A DNA stretch of 64,000 nt from a virus, in IMG/VR virus record IMGVR_UViG_3300020204_000008, one strand, 5' to 3'. The position numbers were made by a program, and so were the translations under genes. Positions 16,642 through 24,891 of the stretch are shown here, one piece after another. Each line of letters opens with the position of its first letter. Position 1 is the stretch's first letter. The notes below the pieces were generated by a model. That model saw only the letters and a program-made list of their open reading frames with translations, had not been told where the DNA came from and did not search any database.

Positions 16642-16740
16642 TAGTCAGGACAGGATTCGAACCCGTATGATGGTTGCTTTAAGCTTTGTTTCACCGTACT
16701 TCCCATCTAAGCTAGCGTCTACCCATTCCGCCACCTGACT
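16642..16740 (-). tRNA. tRNA-like RNA, AGTCAGG acceptor, no canonical anticodon loop
   Basis: AGTCAGG/CCTGACT-A; GGCGGAATGGGTAGACGC D arm; ACGGG-TTCGAAT-CCTGT; expanded middle. Confidence 0.6.
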
Positions 16741-16777
16741 AACAGCTCTATTTTTTCTTCAGTTGAGCTTCTGCCTG

Positions 16778-16851
16778 TACCTTCGGTGAGATTCGAACTC
16801 ACACTGAATAGATCCTAAGTCTATTGACTCTGCCAATTAGTCTACGAAGGC
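16778..16851 (-). tRNA. trnL: tRNA-Leu(TAG), short variable loop, no encoded CCA
   Basis: GCCTTCG/CGAAGGT; ATAGA-CTTAGGA-TCTAT; GTGAG-TTCGAAT-CTCAC. Confidence 0.85.
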
Positions 16852-16883
16852 AGTTATTATAAAGTACTAATAAACTATCATAA

Positions 16884-17168
16884 TTAAAAATTACTTTTAA
16901 AAATACTTAGTTTTTTCCTGATCCAGGTCTTCCAAGTAATCTTGGATTCCCTTTTATCGGGTTCCGGGATCGATATCTTTAGTTTCTCTAATTCAGCTAA
17001 GATCTTTCTTTCAAGAAAGATCGATCGCTCTAGGTTAAAAGTCGGTGAGTTGTAGGTCTGGTGGATCGCGATCAAGAGCTTTACCTTTTCTGACTGTGCG
17101 AGTATGGCATCACCTAGTGTCGAATAAGTTGAAGTTAATCTTTCTATTTTGGATTCGACCTCTCCCAC
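16884..17168 (-). CDS. hypothetical protein
   Basis: ORF track, operon context. Confidence 0.55.
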   Translation of the reverse strand: MGEVESKIERLTSTYSTLGDAILAQSEKVKLLIAIHQTYNSPTFNLERSIFLERKILAELEKLKISIPEPDKRESKITWKTWIRKKLSIFKSNF

Positions 17169-17173
17169 AGCGA

Positions 17174-17440
17174 CTATGATTTTTTTTCTTCATTAAATCG
17201 GATCAACATCTTATTCCTAAGCTCAAGTGCCCTTCTTCTTTCACCGAATGTTGACGCCATCATGTCAGTACCCAGAGCAGTGACGAATGTGTCTAGTTCC
17301 TGATCAGTCGAGTGTTCTGCTATAAAATCGTATTCGCTATCTGTGATGTTAAATAGGACTTTGATCACGTTGTCAAACATGTCATGTAGGTCTCCGCCGT
17401 GCACGAGACTGGCCTCTACTTCGGGTCTAAGTATTTTCAT
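17174..17440 (-). CDS. hypothetical protein
   Basis: ORF track. Confidence 0.65.
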   Translation of the reverse strand: MKILRPEVEASLVHGGDLHDMFDNVIKVLFNITDSEYDFIAEHSTDQELDTFVTALGTDMMASTFGERRRALELRNKMLIRFNEEKKS

Positions 17441-17506
17441 ATTTTATCCTTATTTCTCGGTTTGGTTCATCTGAGTGTTCAGCTAAGTCTCTCTTTAATG
17501 TGGCTA

Positions 17507-17692
17507 TTATCCAATTTGCTGCCCATTCTCCATCGCACTCACATAGCTTAACGAATGCACACTCTTCTCCACGACAGAGTTCCAGCTTTTTACTATGTGT
17601 TCATCGTGCTCCTCGACTGAAGAAAAACCTCGATGCTTGGCCATGTTTATGTGGCCAAGATGAAGGTCTGCTATGAATCGAACGGTGCTCAT
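17507..17692 (-). pseudogene. truncated calcineurin-like metallophosphoesterase
   Basis: FIADLHLGH...HDEHIVKSWNSVV then ends; no GD, GNHD or later motifs. Confidence 0.65.
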
Positions 17693-18117
17693 GGTCTAAC
17701 TAATAATATCTTTTTTTCTGGTCGAACCGTCCTCTCTATCGAAAAACTAGGAGAGGCATATGTCGAGATTATCTTTTGTGTTGTTTCTGGTCCGGGAATC
17801 CCATTTATCTCCCTGTTATGTAAGGATCCGCCGTCAAAGATTACACCGAATCTGTCTTCGGTCTGGGTCAAGGGAGAGTCGTATTTAAAGACGATGGAAT
17901 CTACGAGCCCTCCTGCGAGTACAAGACCAAAGCCCTTAAAGTTCCATTCCTTCTCCACGATAAACCCATAGATTTCCTTGCCAAGAGCTCCGCCAAAAAA
18001 GATCTTATTGGGAAGCTTTTCGTGCTCGATTGCCAAGTCATGAACGTGTTCTGAGATCAGGGCAAAAAGCTCTTGCGCAAAGTTGGCATCCTTTTCAATG
18101 GGTACCTTGAACTTCAT
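17689..18117 (-). CDS. hypothetical protein
   Basis: ORF track, overlapping operon. Confidence 0.65.
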   Translation of the reverse strand: MKFKVPIEKDANFAQELFALISEHVHDLAIEHEKLPNKIFFGGALGKEIYGFIVEKEWNFKGFGLVLAGGLVDSIVFKYDSPLTQTEDRFGVIFDGGSLHNREINGIPGPETTQKIISTYASPSFSIERTVRPEKKILLVRP

Positions 18118-18397
18118 CTTCTACGTGTTGATTGACCATTTCTTCTGAGATCTTACGCAAGATAGAATTGACTCGACCAGCATTACTGCCGTCCACCCAC
18201 ATGCGACCTTCATCGGTGCAGATGAATGAACGTTGAGCGTCGTCCATACAGTTTAACTTGTATTTTGACTGAGTTGTGCTCAATACTCCAAAGTGAAACA
18301 CGAATGTTTCCTTTTCATAGTAATTTGGACTCGCTTCCGCAAACTTACAAAGCACATCATATACTTTTTCAGCGGTTCTTGTAGGCATCTTTTGCAT
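18095..18397 (-). CDS. hypothetical protein
   Basis: ORF track. Confidence 0.65.
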   Translation of the reverse strand: MQKMPTRTAEKVYDVLCKFAEASPNYYEKETFVFHFGVLSTTQSKYKLNCMDDAQRSFICTDEGRMWVDGSNAGRVNSILRKISEEMVNQHVEDEVQGTH

Positions 18398-18398
18398 G

Positions 18399-18605
18399 CT
18401 ATCTCTTCATTAAGATTCCCATGATTTGTGACTCCTGTATGCTGCATACTGAAAACTCTGCAATAGAGTCTTTGAATCGTTCCTTACAGATCTCTTCAGC
18501 ATCAGTGATGGATTCCGCATCCACTACATATAACTCTTTAATCTTTCTGATTCGACCCGTGTTGTCGTCAACGGTCTCAAATTTTACTTTTGCTAAATAA
18601 TACAT
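18399..18605 (-). CDS. DUF4494-like protein
   Basis: YYLAKVKFE...KELYVVDAESITDAE resembles Bacteroidota DUF4494. Confidence 0.6.
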   Translation of the reverse strand: MYYLAKVKFETVDDNTGRIRKIKELYVVDAESITDAEEICKERFKDSIAEFSVCSIQESQIMGILMKR

Positions 18606-18608
18606 AAT

Positions 18609-18929
18609 TTATTGTTTATTGGTTATTGAATCGATTACTTTTTGTAGATCATTAAAATCTTCCATGTATTTTGAACTGCCTCGATTTAGGAGTAAGTCCT
18701 TTGCCTCAATAAGAAGAGAAAGGACTTGTGAGACGGTATCGGGTCTTTTAGAATCAAAGAATCTATCAAGATATTCAACTGACTCTGGTGAACCTATTAG
18801 TGCATCACATGAGCTAAACTGTTCTAAGTATTGATCTCCCAATTGAGCGTGAGTTTTCACTAATTCCTCTAATTCTGGTATTCTTTTCTTATTGAACGAC
18901 ATAGTACTATATACTACGCGTTTTTCCAT
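18609..18929 (-). CDS. hypothetical protein
   Basis: ORF track. Confidence 0.6.
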   Translation of the reverse strand: MEKRVVYSTMSFNKKRIPELEELVKTHAQLGDQYLEQFSSCDALIGSPESVEYLDRFFDSKRPDTVSQVLSLLIEAKDLLLNRGSSKYMEDFNDLQKVIDSITNKQ

Positions 18930-20211
18930 GGTTCCCCTTAAATACTGGAAATCTTAAAGAATGATTGCCGTGTTGATCGGTCGTATGTTCAAAATACTGC
19001 ACGGTAATTGTGGCTCCCATTATCTCACCAATGTTTCGATAATAGTGTCGACGCTGGTCTAGGGTAAACCCGCTACCTACCTGTACTTGAGATCCTTCGT
19101 GATCGATGGTTACCGCGCTTAACATCTCCTCCTCTACTTCCCTACCGTCTATGATGATTCGCTGAGGTCCCATGATGAGTCCTGTGACCACGTATTCAGC
19201 ATCAAAAAATTCTTTGATCTTTAGCATGTCTTTGGACCTACCTGACTTGTATGGAGCATCCTTTCTTGCAATGAGTCCCTCCCAGTTAGAATCTTTAGAT
19301 TGACCCTTTAACTCTTCTAGAGAATCTTCATCTGTGATTCTTATTTGAGGTAGCATCTCAAGTATTTCAGAAGACTTGAGATCGCCTAGCCATTGTTCTC
19401 TACCTTCAATTCTAGTAGAAAAAAGAGGAGAGTCATATTCTCCTGAAAACTCTTCAGGTTGAAGAATGTCAAATATCAGGTATTTTGGATTCTCTATCGT
19501 ATGGTCCTTGCGTTGTATCTGTTTCAGGACTCCCTGGAAGTCATCTGAGCCATCTTCATTCATGAGACATAGTTCACCGTCTAGAATAACGTCAGTGATC
19601 CCTAAACGTCTTATTTCCTCTGCTACTTTTCCAAGAGTGTGAAATTCCTTACCGTTCCTAGAAAAGAACTTGATCCATTCATCATGTACGACACAGATGC
19701 ATCGAACACCGTCGAGTTTCCTAGATACATACCAGGTACCATCAAACAGGTCTACTCCCTTTACTTTAGCTGCGTCATGAGCTAGGGCAACCTCAAACGT
19801 TGGAATAAAGTTTGGATTTACTCTATTGATTAGAGTAACGGTTGCCCTGGTCTCCAAGTTTCTATCGATTATCTGATAAATCAGGTCAGACCAGGCTTCA
19901 TAATCTTTAATGAATCTATTCATGGCTCCTATTGCAGCATGACCAGTCATGTGACGAGCATTGAAATCGTCTAACATTTGAAATAGATCACAATACACCT
20001 CGTTAGGAGCAATCAAATCTGATCTCTTTTTAAGATTGGCTGAAGTCACACCAAAATTAAAATATGGATTATACGTATAGAGAAGTACCCTTTTAATGAA
20101 TGGATGATATTGATATTTAGTGAGAACGTCCACTTTATGGTTAGTGGAATTTGAAGAGTTCATCTCATTAACAAACTCGCGAAGTTCACGAAAGTCTTGG
20201 GTGTTTTGCAT
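18907..20211 (-). CDS. lig: ATP-dependent DNA ligase
   Basis: KLDGVR motif I, LDGEL, FDIL, WEGLIAR, LKIKEF, VGSGF, SLRFPVF. Confidence 0.95.
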   Translation of the reverse strand: MQNTQDFRELREFVNEMNSSNSTNHKVDVLTKYQYHPFIKRVLLYTYNPYFNFGVTSANLKKRSDLIAPNEVYCDLFQMLDDFNARHMTGHAAIGAMNRFIKDYEAWSDLIYQIIDRNLETRATVTLINRVNPNFIPTFEVALAHDAAKVKGVDLFDGTWYVSRKLDGVRCICVVHDEWIKFFSRNGKEFHTLGKVAEEIRRLGITDVILDGELCLMNEDGSDDFQGVLKQIQRKDHTIENPKYLIFDILQPEEFSGEYDSPLFSTRIEGREQWLGDLKSSEILEMLPQIRITDEDSLEELKGQSKDSNWEGLIARKDAPYKSGRSKDMLKIKEFFDAEYVVTGLIMGPQRIIIDGREVEEEMLSAVTIDHEGSQVQVGSGFTLDQRRHYYRNIGEIMGATITVQYFEHTTDQHGNHSLRFPVFKGNHGKTRSI

Positions 20212-20239
20212 AATTTTTCCTTTTAGCTAAGATACTAAA

Positions 20240-20677
20240 TTAAAAGGAAAGCTTACAATCTTGGGTCAGGTTTTTTTCACACCATCCTCCAGGAAGCTCT
20301 ACTGCGAATCTTGCAGGTTTTTTAGAGTGATATTGAGGAAGATCCCTTTCATCAACGTCGTGACCTGGATCCATCGTGTGATGGTCGATATAGTCCATGT
20401 TGCTGTCAAAAAAGATGATGTCAAGAGAAAAGGGTACCTCCTTCATCCAAAAAGAGAGCGGCTGATCGTCATCGTAAACAAAGAGCATTCCAGTATTTTC
20501 AGAAGGTTCTGACTCTGCACCGCTAAAACCCTTAGCTTGGCTATTCTCGGTCGCAGCAACCTTTAACATCAATGGAATTCCTGAGACCTGTGCCTCGATT
20601 TCCTTACCGTCAATCGCTTTTTTTTTACAATATTCCTCAAAAAGCGGAACGGTTTTTACTCTTATGAACTGACACAT
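20240..20677 (-). CDS. DUF192 domain protein
   Basis: GMLFVY...FWMKEVPFSLDIIF...AVELPGG. Confidence 0.85.
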   Translation of the reverse strand: MCQFIRVKTVPLFEEYCKKKAIDGKEIEAQVSGIPLMLKVAATENSQAKGFSGAESEPSENTGMLFVYDDDQPLSFWMKEVPFSLDIIFFDSNMDYIDHHTMDPGHDVDERDLPQYHSKKPARFAVELPGGWCEKNLTQDCKLSF

Positions 20678-20684
20678 TTAAGAA

Positions 20685-21011
20685 CTACTTTGTTTTATTT
20701 TTTTCAAGCTTTGTGACTCGAGTGGTAAGATCATCAAGTAAAGCTTTTACGCTATCGATTTTATCACTAGCTTTATCTAAGTCTTCATCCGTGATCTCAT
20801 CATCAGGCAAGTCTCCATTAGAGTCTTCATCAGCTGTCTTTCCATAGGCTCCCGCAGTATAATCCATGGGCTCGGCACTAGTTCCCTCTAGACTAGAATT
20901 ATGCGGATTTTCTGCATCCATTCCAGCTTCGCCCCAATTCTTATCGCTCCAATCTAAGTCAGAGTTCTCGTAAGTTCTCCTCGAACTAATAAAATCTAAG
21001 AAGCTCTTCAT
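20685..21011 (-). CDS. acidic late protein with targeting-like N-terminus and C-terminal coiled coil
   Basis: MKSFLDFISSRRTYE; VKALLDDLTTRVTKLE. Confidence 0.7.
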   Translation of the reverse strand: MKSFLDFISSRRTYENSDLDWSDKNWGEAGMDAENPHNSSLEGTSAEPMDYTAGAYGKTADEDSNGDLPDDEITDEDLDKASDKIDSVKALLDDLTTRVTKLEKNKTK

Positions 21012-21041
21012 TGGCTTGTATTTTTATTATTTATCTAAAAC

Positions 21042-21068
21042 AAAAAGAGCGAATGTTTCCATTCGCTC
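21042..21068 (-). terminator. intrinsic terminator
   Basis: GAGCGAATG/CATTCGCTC stem plus T-run. Confidence 0.75.
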
Positions 21069-21090
21069 GTTATTAAAATAGATTTTCTAA

Positions 21091-21438
21091 TTAGATATTT
21101 GCCTCTTTCGCAGCAGGTGCAGCTTCACCTTCACCCTCTTCTCCTTCAGCTCCTTCCTCACCTTCTTCTCCCTCTTCACCTTCTTCTTCTGGTTCAAGTT
21201 TTTTAACTCTTTCAGTAAGGTCATCGATCATAGCTTTAAGGTCTTCTAGAGTCAATTCCTCTTCTCCTTCAGCTCCTTCTTCGCCTTCTCCTTCTGCTGG
21301 CTCTTCTTCCTCTTCAGGATTAGCTCCATAGTATCCCATTTTCTTTTCTTCTTCAGGATTAGTTCCATATCCTTCCATTCCGTCGCTTTCGTTCATTCTG
21401 CGAGTTTTCATAAACCCTGCAAAGTTTTTTACTTTCAT
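21091..21438 (-). CDS. highly acidic Glu/Gly-repeat late protein
   Basis: MKVKNFAGFMKTRRMNES; EGEEGAEGEE repeats; LKAMIDDLTERVKKLE. Confidence 0.75.
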   Translation of the reverse strand: MKVKNFAGFMKTRRMNESDGMEGYGTNPEEEKKMGYYGANPEEEEEPAEGEGEEGAEGEEELTLEDLKAMIDDLTERVKKLEPEEEGEEGEEGEEGAEGEEGEGEAAPAAKEANI

Positions 21439-21476
21439 CTTTAATAAACTTTTTTATTATTTATCTAAGCGAGTTT

Positions 21477-21959
21477 TTATTTTTCCTCAGATTGTAATTT
21501 TTCGATAAGTTCGTCAAGTTCTTTAATTTGTTCCATTGCTGGACGAAGTAACATAGATACTGCAAATAGTCTGTGTGCAGACTCTTCACCTTTGCCAGTA
21601 ACACGATTTAAGAAAAAGTTAATTGATTCAAGAGTAGTAGAAGGCAGATGAATAGTTGTTCTTTCATTAGACGAAGAATCACGATCCTTAATCTCATTAG
21701 AGATAGAGAGAAGAGCCATCAACATTAAATAAGCTTCGTTTGGGCCCTTCCATTCGATCTTGTTATTTAACAGGTTCTTAACGTATTTTAGGTCAGCCGG
21801 TGAGATGTTGATGGGAAAATGACCCATTCTAGTCTCAATGGCTTTTTCAAGTTCGCTTAGTTCGACAGTTGGCTCTTGGCCAGCCTCTTGGATAGTTTCA
21901 GATTGAGTATCCTCAACTAATACTTCTTGATCTTCGATTTTTGTTTGGTCTTCTGACAT
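21477..21959 (-). CDS. hypothetical protein
   Basis: ORF track. Confidence 0.7.
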   Translation of the reverse strand: MSEDQTKIEDQEVLVEDTQSETIQEAGQEPTVELSELEKAIETRMGHFPINISPADLKYVKNLLNNKIEWKGPNEAYLMLMALLSISNEIKDRDSSSNERTTIHLPSTTLESINFFLNRVTGKGEESAHRLFAVSMLLRPAMEQIKELDELIEKLQSEEK

Positions 21960-22021
21960 AATGTTTAATTTTTAGAATATTAAACTCAATGTCTTATCAA
22001 AAGTTTTAAGAGAATTGATAA

Positions 22022-23353
22022 TTATGCTAATCCTGCTTCCTTATCAATAAGGCTGTTTACTTTGGCTGAGCCCTTTGCCCATGCTCCAGAAAGCCTAGCT
22101 GCTCTGGTTTCCTTGGCTATCTCTATCAATTGGCGGTCAGATTTACCAGTTTTTACACCTTTTTCAAGTTCTTTTGCAAAATCTCTAAAAAATGCTGGAC
22201 CATTCCAACAAGCATAGGACATGTGTAAGAGCAAGCCGTTGTTATTTTCGATCTTTTTCTTTGTTTCTGGGTCTTTTACGAAGGCTGCCATGTTTGCTTT
22301 ATACTGTTTTAACATAATCTTCGCAGCCAAGTCTTTAAGTTTATCTTCTAACTCTCCGCCACGATATCCCCATTTCCATTTTTTACAAAACCCAGCATTG
22401 CCTAATTCCTTTTTTTGATCGTCAATTAGCTTAAAGAATTCTTCACCTTCCGGTTTTATCTTTTCAATAGCGCCGGCCTTTCGGTCAAGACCAAACATAG
22501 TTTCGCCAGAATTTTTAAACATTGCTGAATATGGATGATCCTTACATTCCCAATGATTCCAATAACCTCCTTCAAAATTGTCAATTACTTTTTTGGTGAT
22601 TGTCATCCAACGCTCATCTATACTACCAGTAGCCGGTGTTGAAGAACTAATCGGATCACCTAAACTATCAACTTTAAACTTTTTCTTGAACCATTCTAGT
22701 TTTTCAGGGTCGTCCTTTATTAATTTATCAATAAAATCGCCAGTTAAAGTAACTTTTGGCGCATTTTTAGCGAACCATGCAACCACTTCTGAGTTACTTG
22801 CCATCTTTTCACCAAATGTTCCCTTTTTTCCAGTTGGAGTACCCTTTCCGCCGACTACTCTTTTTACTCCGACGTGTATGTGATCAAAGTGATTTTTTAC
22901 TCGCCATCCAACTTGATATCGATAGCCATTGATTGTCACGTTAAACCATGAACCTCCCTTGTATTCCGGATGTCCGAATTTTTCCATGATGTATGCAAGT
23001 AGAGCGTCTCCCTCAGCACCAGCTGCTGCAATGTCAACTGCGTATGCATCCTGATTGCCCTCATAATGGTCTGAGGTATTACCAGAATCAGTCTTTTGTC
23101 TAGACCTCTTTTGAGAAGTAACGAGTGATCCCTTTTTTCCATTGGATGCAGCCCAATCGTCTGCTACTCTGGCAAACCATAGTGCTCTCGGCATCGATCC
23201 ACCCCAATTTCCTCCAGATCCTCCTGCGACTACTTTGGCGGCATCAACTGATCCTGATGCATAACCAAATGTCTTGTCTGGATAGTTCGCACTGGGATCG
23301 AATGCCGCAGTCTCATTTAAAGTGTTCCAAGTATTAAAGTTTAAAAGTCTCAC
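22022..23353 (-). CDS. putative two-domain peptidoglycan hydrolase (Zn peptidase M15-like + lysozyme-like)
   Basis: SDHYEG..AVDI..HFDHIH; FEGGY..GETMFGL; N-terminus MRLLNFNTWNTLNE. Confidence 0.6.
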   Translation of the reverse strand: MRLLNFNTWNTLNETAAFDPSANYPDKTFGYASGSVDAAKVVAGGSGGNWGGSMPRALWFARVADDWAASNGKKGSLVTSQKRSRQKTDSGNTSDHYEGNQDAYAVDIAAAGAEGDALLAYIMEKFGHPEYKGGSWFNVTINGYRYQVGWRVKNHFDHIHVGVKRVVGGKGTPTGKKGTFGEKMASNSEVVAWFAKNAPKVTLTGDFIDKLIKDDPEKLEWFKKKFKVDSLGDPISSSTPATGSIDERWMTITKKVIDNFEGGYWNHWECKDHPYSAMFKNSGETMFGLDRKAGAIEKIKPEGEEFFKLIDDQKKELGNAGFCKKWKWGYRGGELEDKLKDLAAKIMLKQYKANMAAFVKDPETKKKIENNNGLLLHMSYACWNGPAFFRDFAKELEKGVKTGKSDRQLIEIAKETRAARLSGAWAKGSAKVNSLIDKEAGLA

Positions 23354-23373
23354 GAAAATATCGGATGTTTTAG

Positions 23374-23868
23374 TTATTTATTTAAGGTAAGGTGTCGATC
23401 TAGAATGATTAACTGATTTCGAGTACAAATCGGATATGCTTCCTCTGGACTAACGAACTTTCCCCAATCAATTTCCTCTAATTGTAACTGATCTTTAGGT
23501 ACTCTATCTGATGCTAATCCTATTTCACTAAGGTCAGATACATTACAAATAAAGTAGGTTAGCGATCCGCTAGGTTCGCCCCGCTCATTATAAAAATCTA
23601 CTTTATGTGATTCTGGATCGAGCTGGCTCGGATCCAAGATGATTCCAGTCTCTTCCTTTAACTCGCGAAGAGCTCCAGTGACCGGGTCTTCTCCCAATTC
23701 AAGGTGGCCCTTAGGTATTCCACAAGTCGCTTTTCTCCATGAAGAATTAGTCGGATGGATAAAAAGTATCCTATTTTCCCAGATAATTGCTACTCCTGCC
23801 GTTCGATTGTCTTCCAGTTGCCTGCTCATGCCCAATCTTTCATTTAAAAAATCGTTAAATCTTAGCAT
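23374..23868 (-). CDS. NUDIX hydrolase
   Basis: Nudix box GHLELGEDPVTGALRELKEETGI. Confidence 0.92.
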   Translation of the reverse strand: MLRFNDFLNERLGMSRQLEDNRTAGVAIIWENRILFIHPTNSSWRKATCGIPKGHLELGEDPVTGALRELKEETGIILDPSQLDPESHKVDFYNERGEPSGSLTYFICNVSDLSEIGLASDRVPKDQLQLEEIDWGKFVSPEEAYPICTRNQLIILDRHLTLNK

Positions 23869-24043
23869 TGTTGTTTTTAGATTTATATTGTGCTCTCTGT
23901 TTTAGTTTTCTTTGCTTAACGCTGGGTTTTTCAAACTCTTTTCTCTTCCTAAGCTCGTCTAATTGCCCGGTCGAATCTACGCGCTGTCTGTATTTCTTAA
24001 GAATCCACTCTATCTTTTTTCCCTTGCACTCAATGATAATCAT
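23855..24043 (-). CDS. rpsU: ribosomal protein bS21
   Basis: IEWILKKYRQRVDSTGQLDELRKRKEFEKPSVKQR. Confidence 0.85.
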   Translation of the reverse strand: MIIIECKGKKIEWILKKYRQRVDSTGQLDELRKRKEFEKPSVKQRKLKQRAQYKSKNNNAKI

Positions 24044-24891
24044 TAACTTAAATATTTTTCAAAATCTATCGTGCCAGTCGGCTTAAACAACAACGAGTCA
24101 TAATACTTTTTAACATAGTATGGCTTTATGTGATCTTCAAAAATCTTTTTTCTAAACCAATAAGGTAACTCAGTCTCATAGTATTTTCGATACGCTGCCT
24201 CATACAACCTTACGCTCTGTACTGGAGTAAGATCAACATTTCTAGTTATTGAATCTAGATAGAGTCCGCCCTTTGATTCAAGTAGAGAGACCACATAAAA
24301 ATCAGGAGAATATTTAGAATAGATCTTTTTACAGATGGATTCTGCCTCACCCAGATGCTTCCATCGAGTAAGATCAACATCGAATGATGTGTTAATTATC
24401 TTTTTGTGAGCGTGTATGGGTTTTCCGTCCACTACAAGCACCTCAAACTTAGACGTAGGTACCAACTTTTCCTTAAAGTGGTCAAATTGTCTCTCAGATT
24501 TTTTAAATCTTCCGTACGTATTGAAGTCCTCTTCTTCCTCACCCGAAACTCCGGTGATTGGAAAGTTCATCTTTTTTATTAAGGATCTGTCGCGTACCGT
24601 CTTTGGTATAAACTCCTCTTCTTGAAACGCTGATGCTATCTCTTTTTTTGAAGGAATCTTTCCCTGGTTATATACTACACTACAGAAGTTTTCGTTCATG
24701 CTTGAAAACCTAAAGTTTCCCCAAATTATCACAGGTACTGATTTTGGAGCAGTTATTGCATCATCAAAGGTTGAAAAATTCTCAAATAAGGGATGATCTT
24801 GGCCTGAGGATGCCAGGGCTATTTTTTTTTCAAAGTTAATTGGATCCTTTGAATAGTAATCAGCATAACTCTTAAAGTTCTTTAATTTCAT
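24043..24891 (-). CDS. degenerate ATP-grasp (RimK-like) fold protein
   Basis: FIPKTV..FPI..FEVLVVDGKPI..FYVVSLLESKGGLYLDSI; catalytic residues apparently lost. Confidence 0.4.
   Translation of the reverse strand: MKLKNFKSYADYYSKDPINFEKKIALASSGQDHPLFENFSTFDDAITAPKSVPVIIWGNFRFSSMNENFCSVVYNQGKIPSKKEIASAFQEEEFIPKTVRDRSLIKKMNFPITGVSGEEEEDFNTYGRFKKSERQFDHFKEKLVPTSKFEVLVVDGKPIHAHKKIINTSFDVDLTRWKHLGEAESICKKIYSKYSPDFYVVSLLESKGGLYLDSITRNVDLTPVQSVRLYEAAYRKYYETELPYWFRKKIFEDHIKPYYVKKYYDSLLFKPTGTIDFEKYLS

Noticed and set aside
16365-16738. Three ORFs over the tRNA-like cluster
   Set aside because: Translations of tRNA-like sequence (RTGFEP); not credible proteins.
16778-16851. Amber suppressor tRNA
   Set aside because: The anticodon is TAG (reads CTA, Leu), not CTA.
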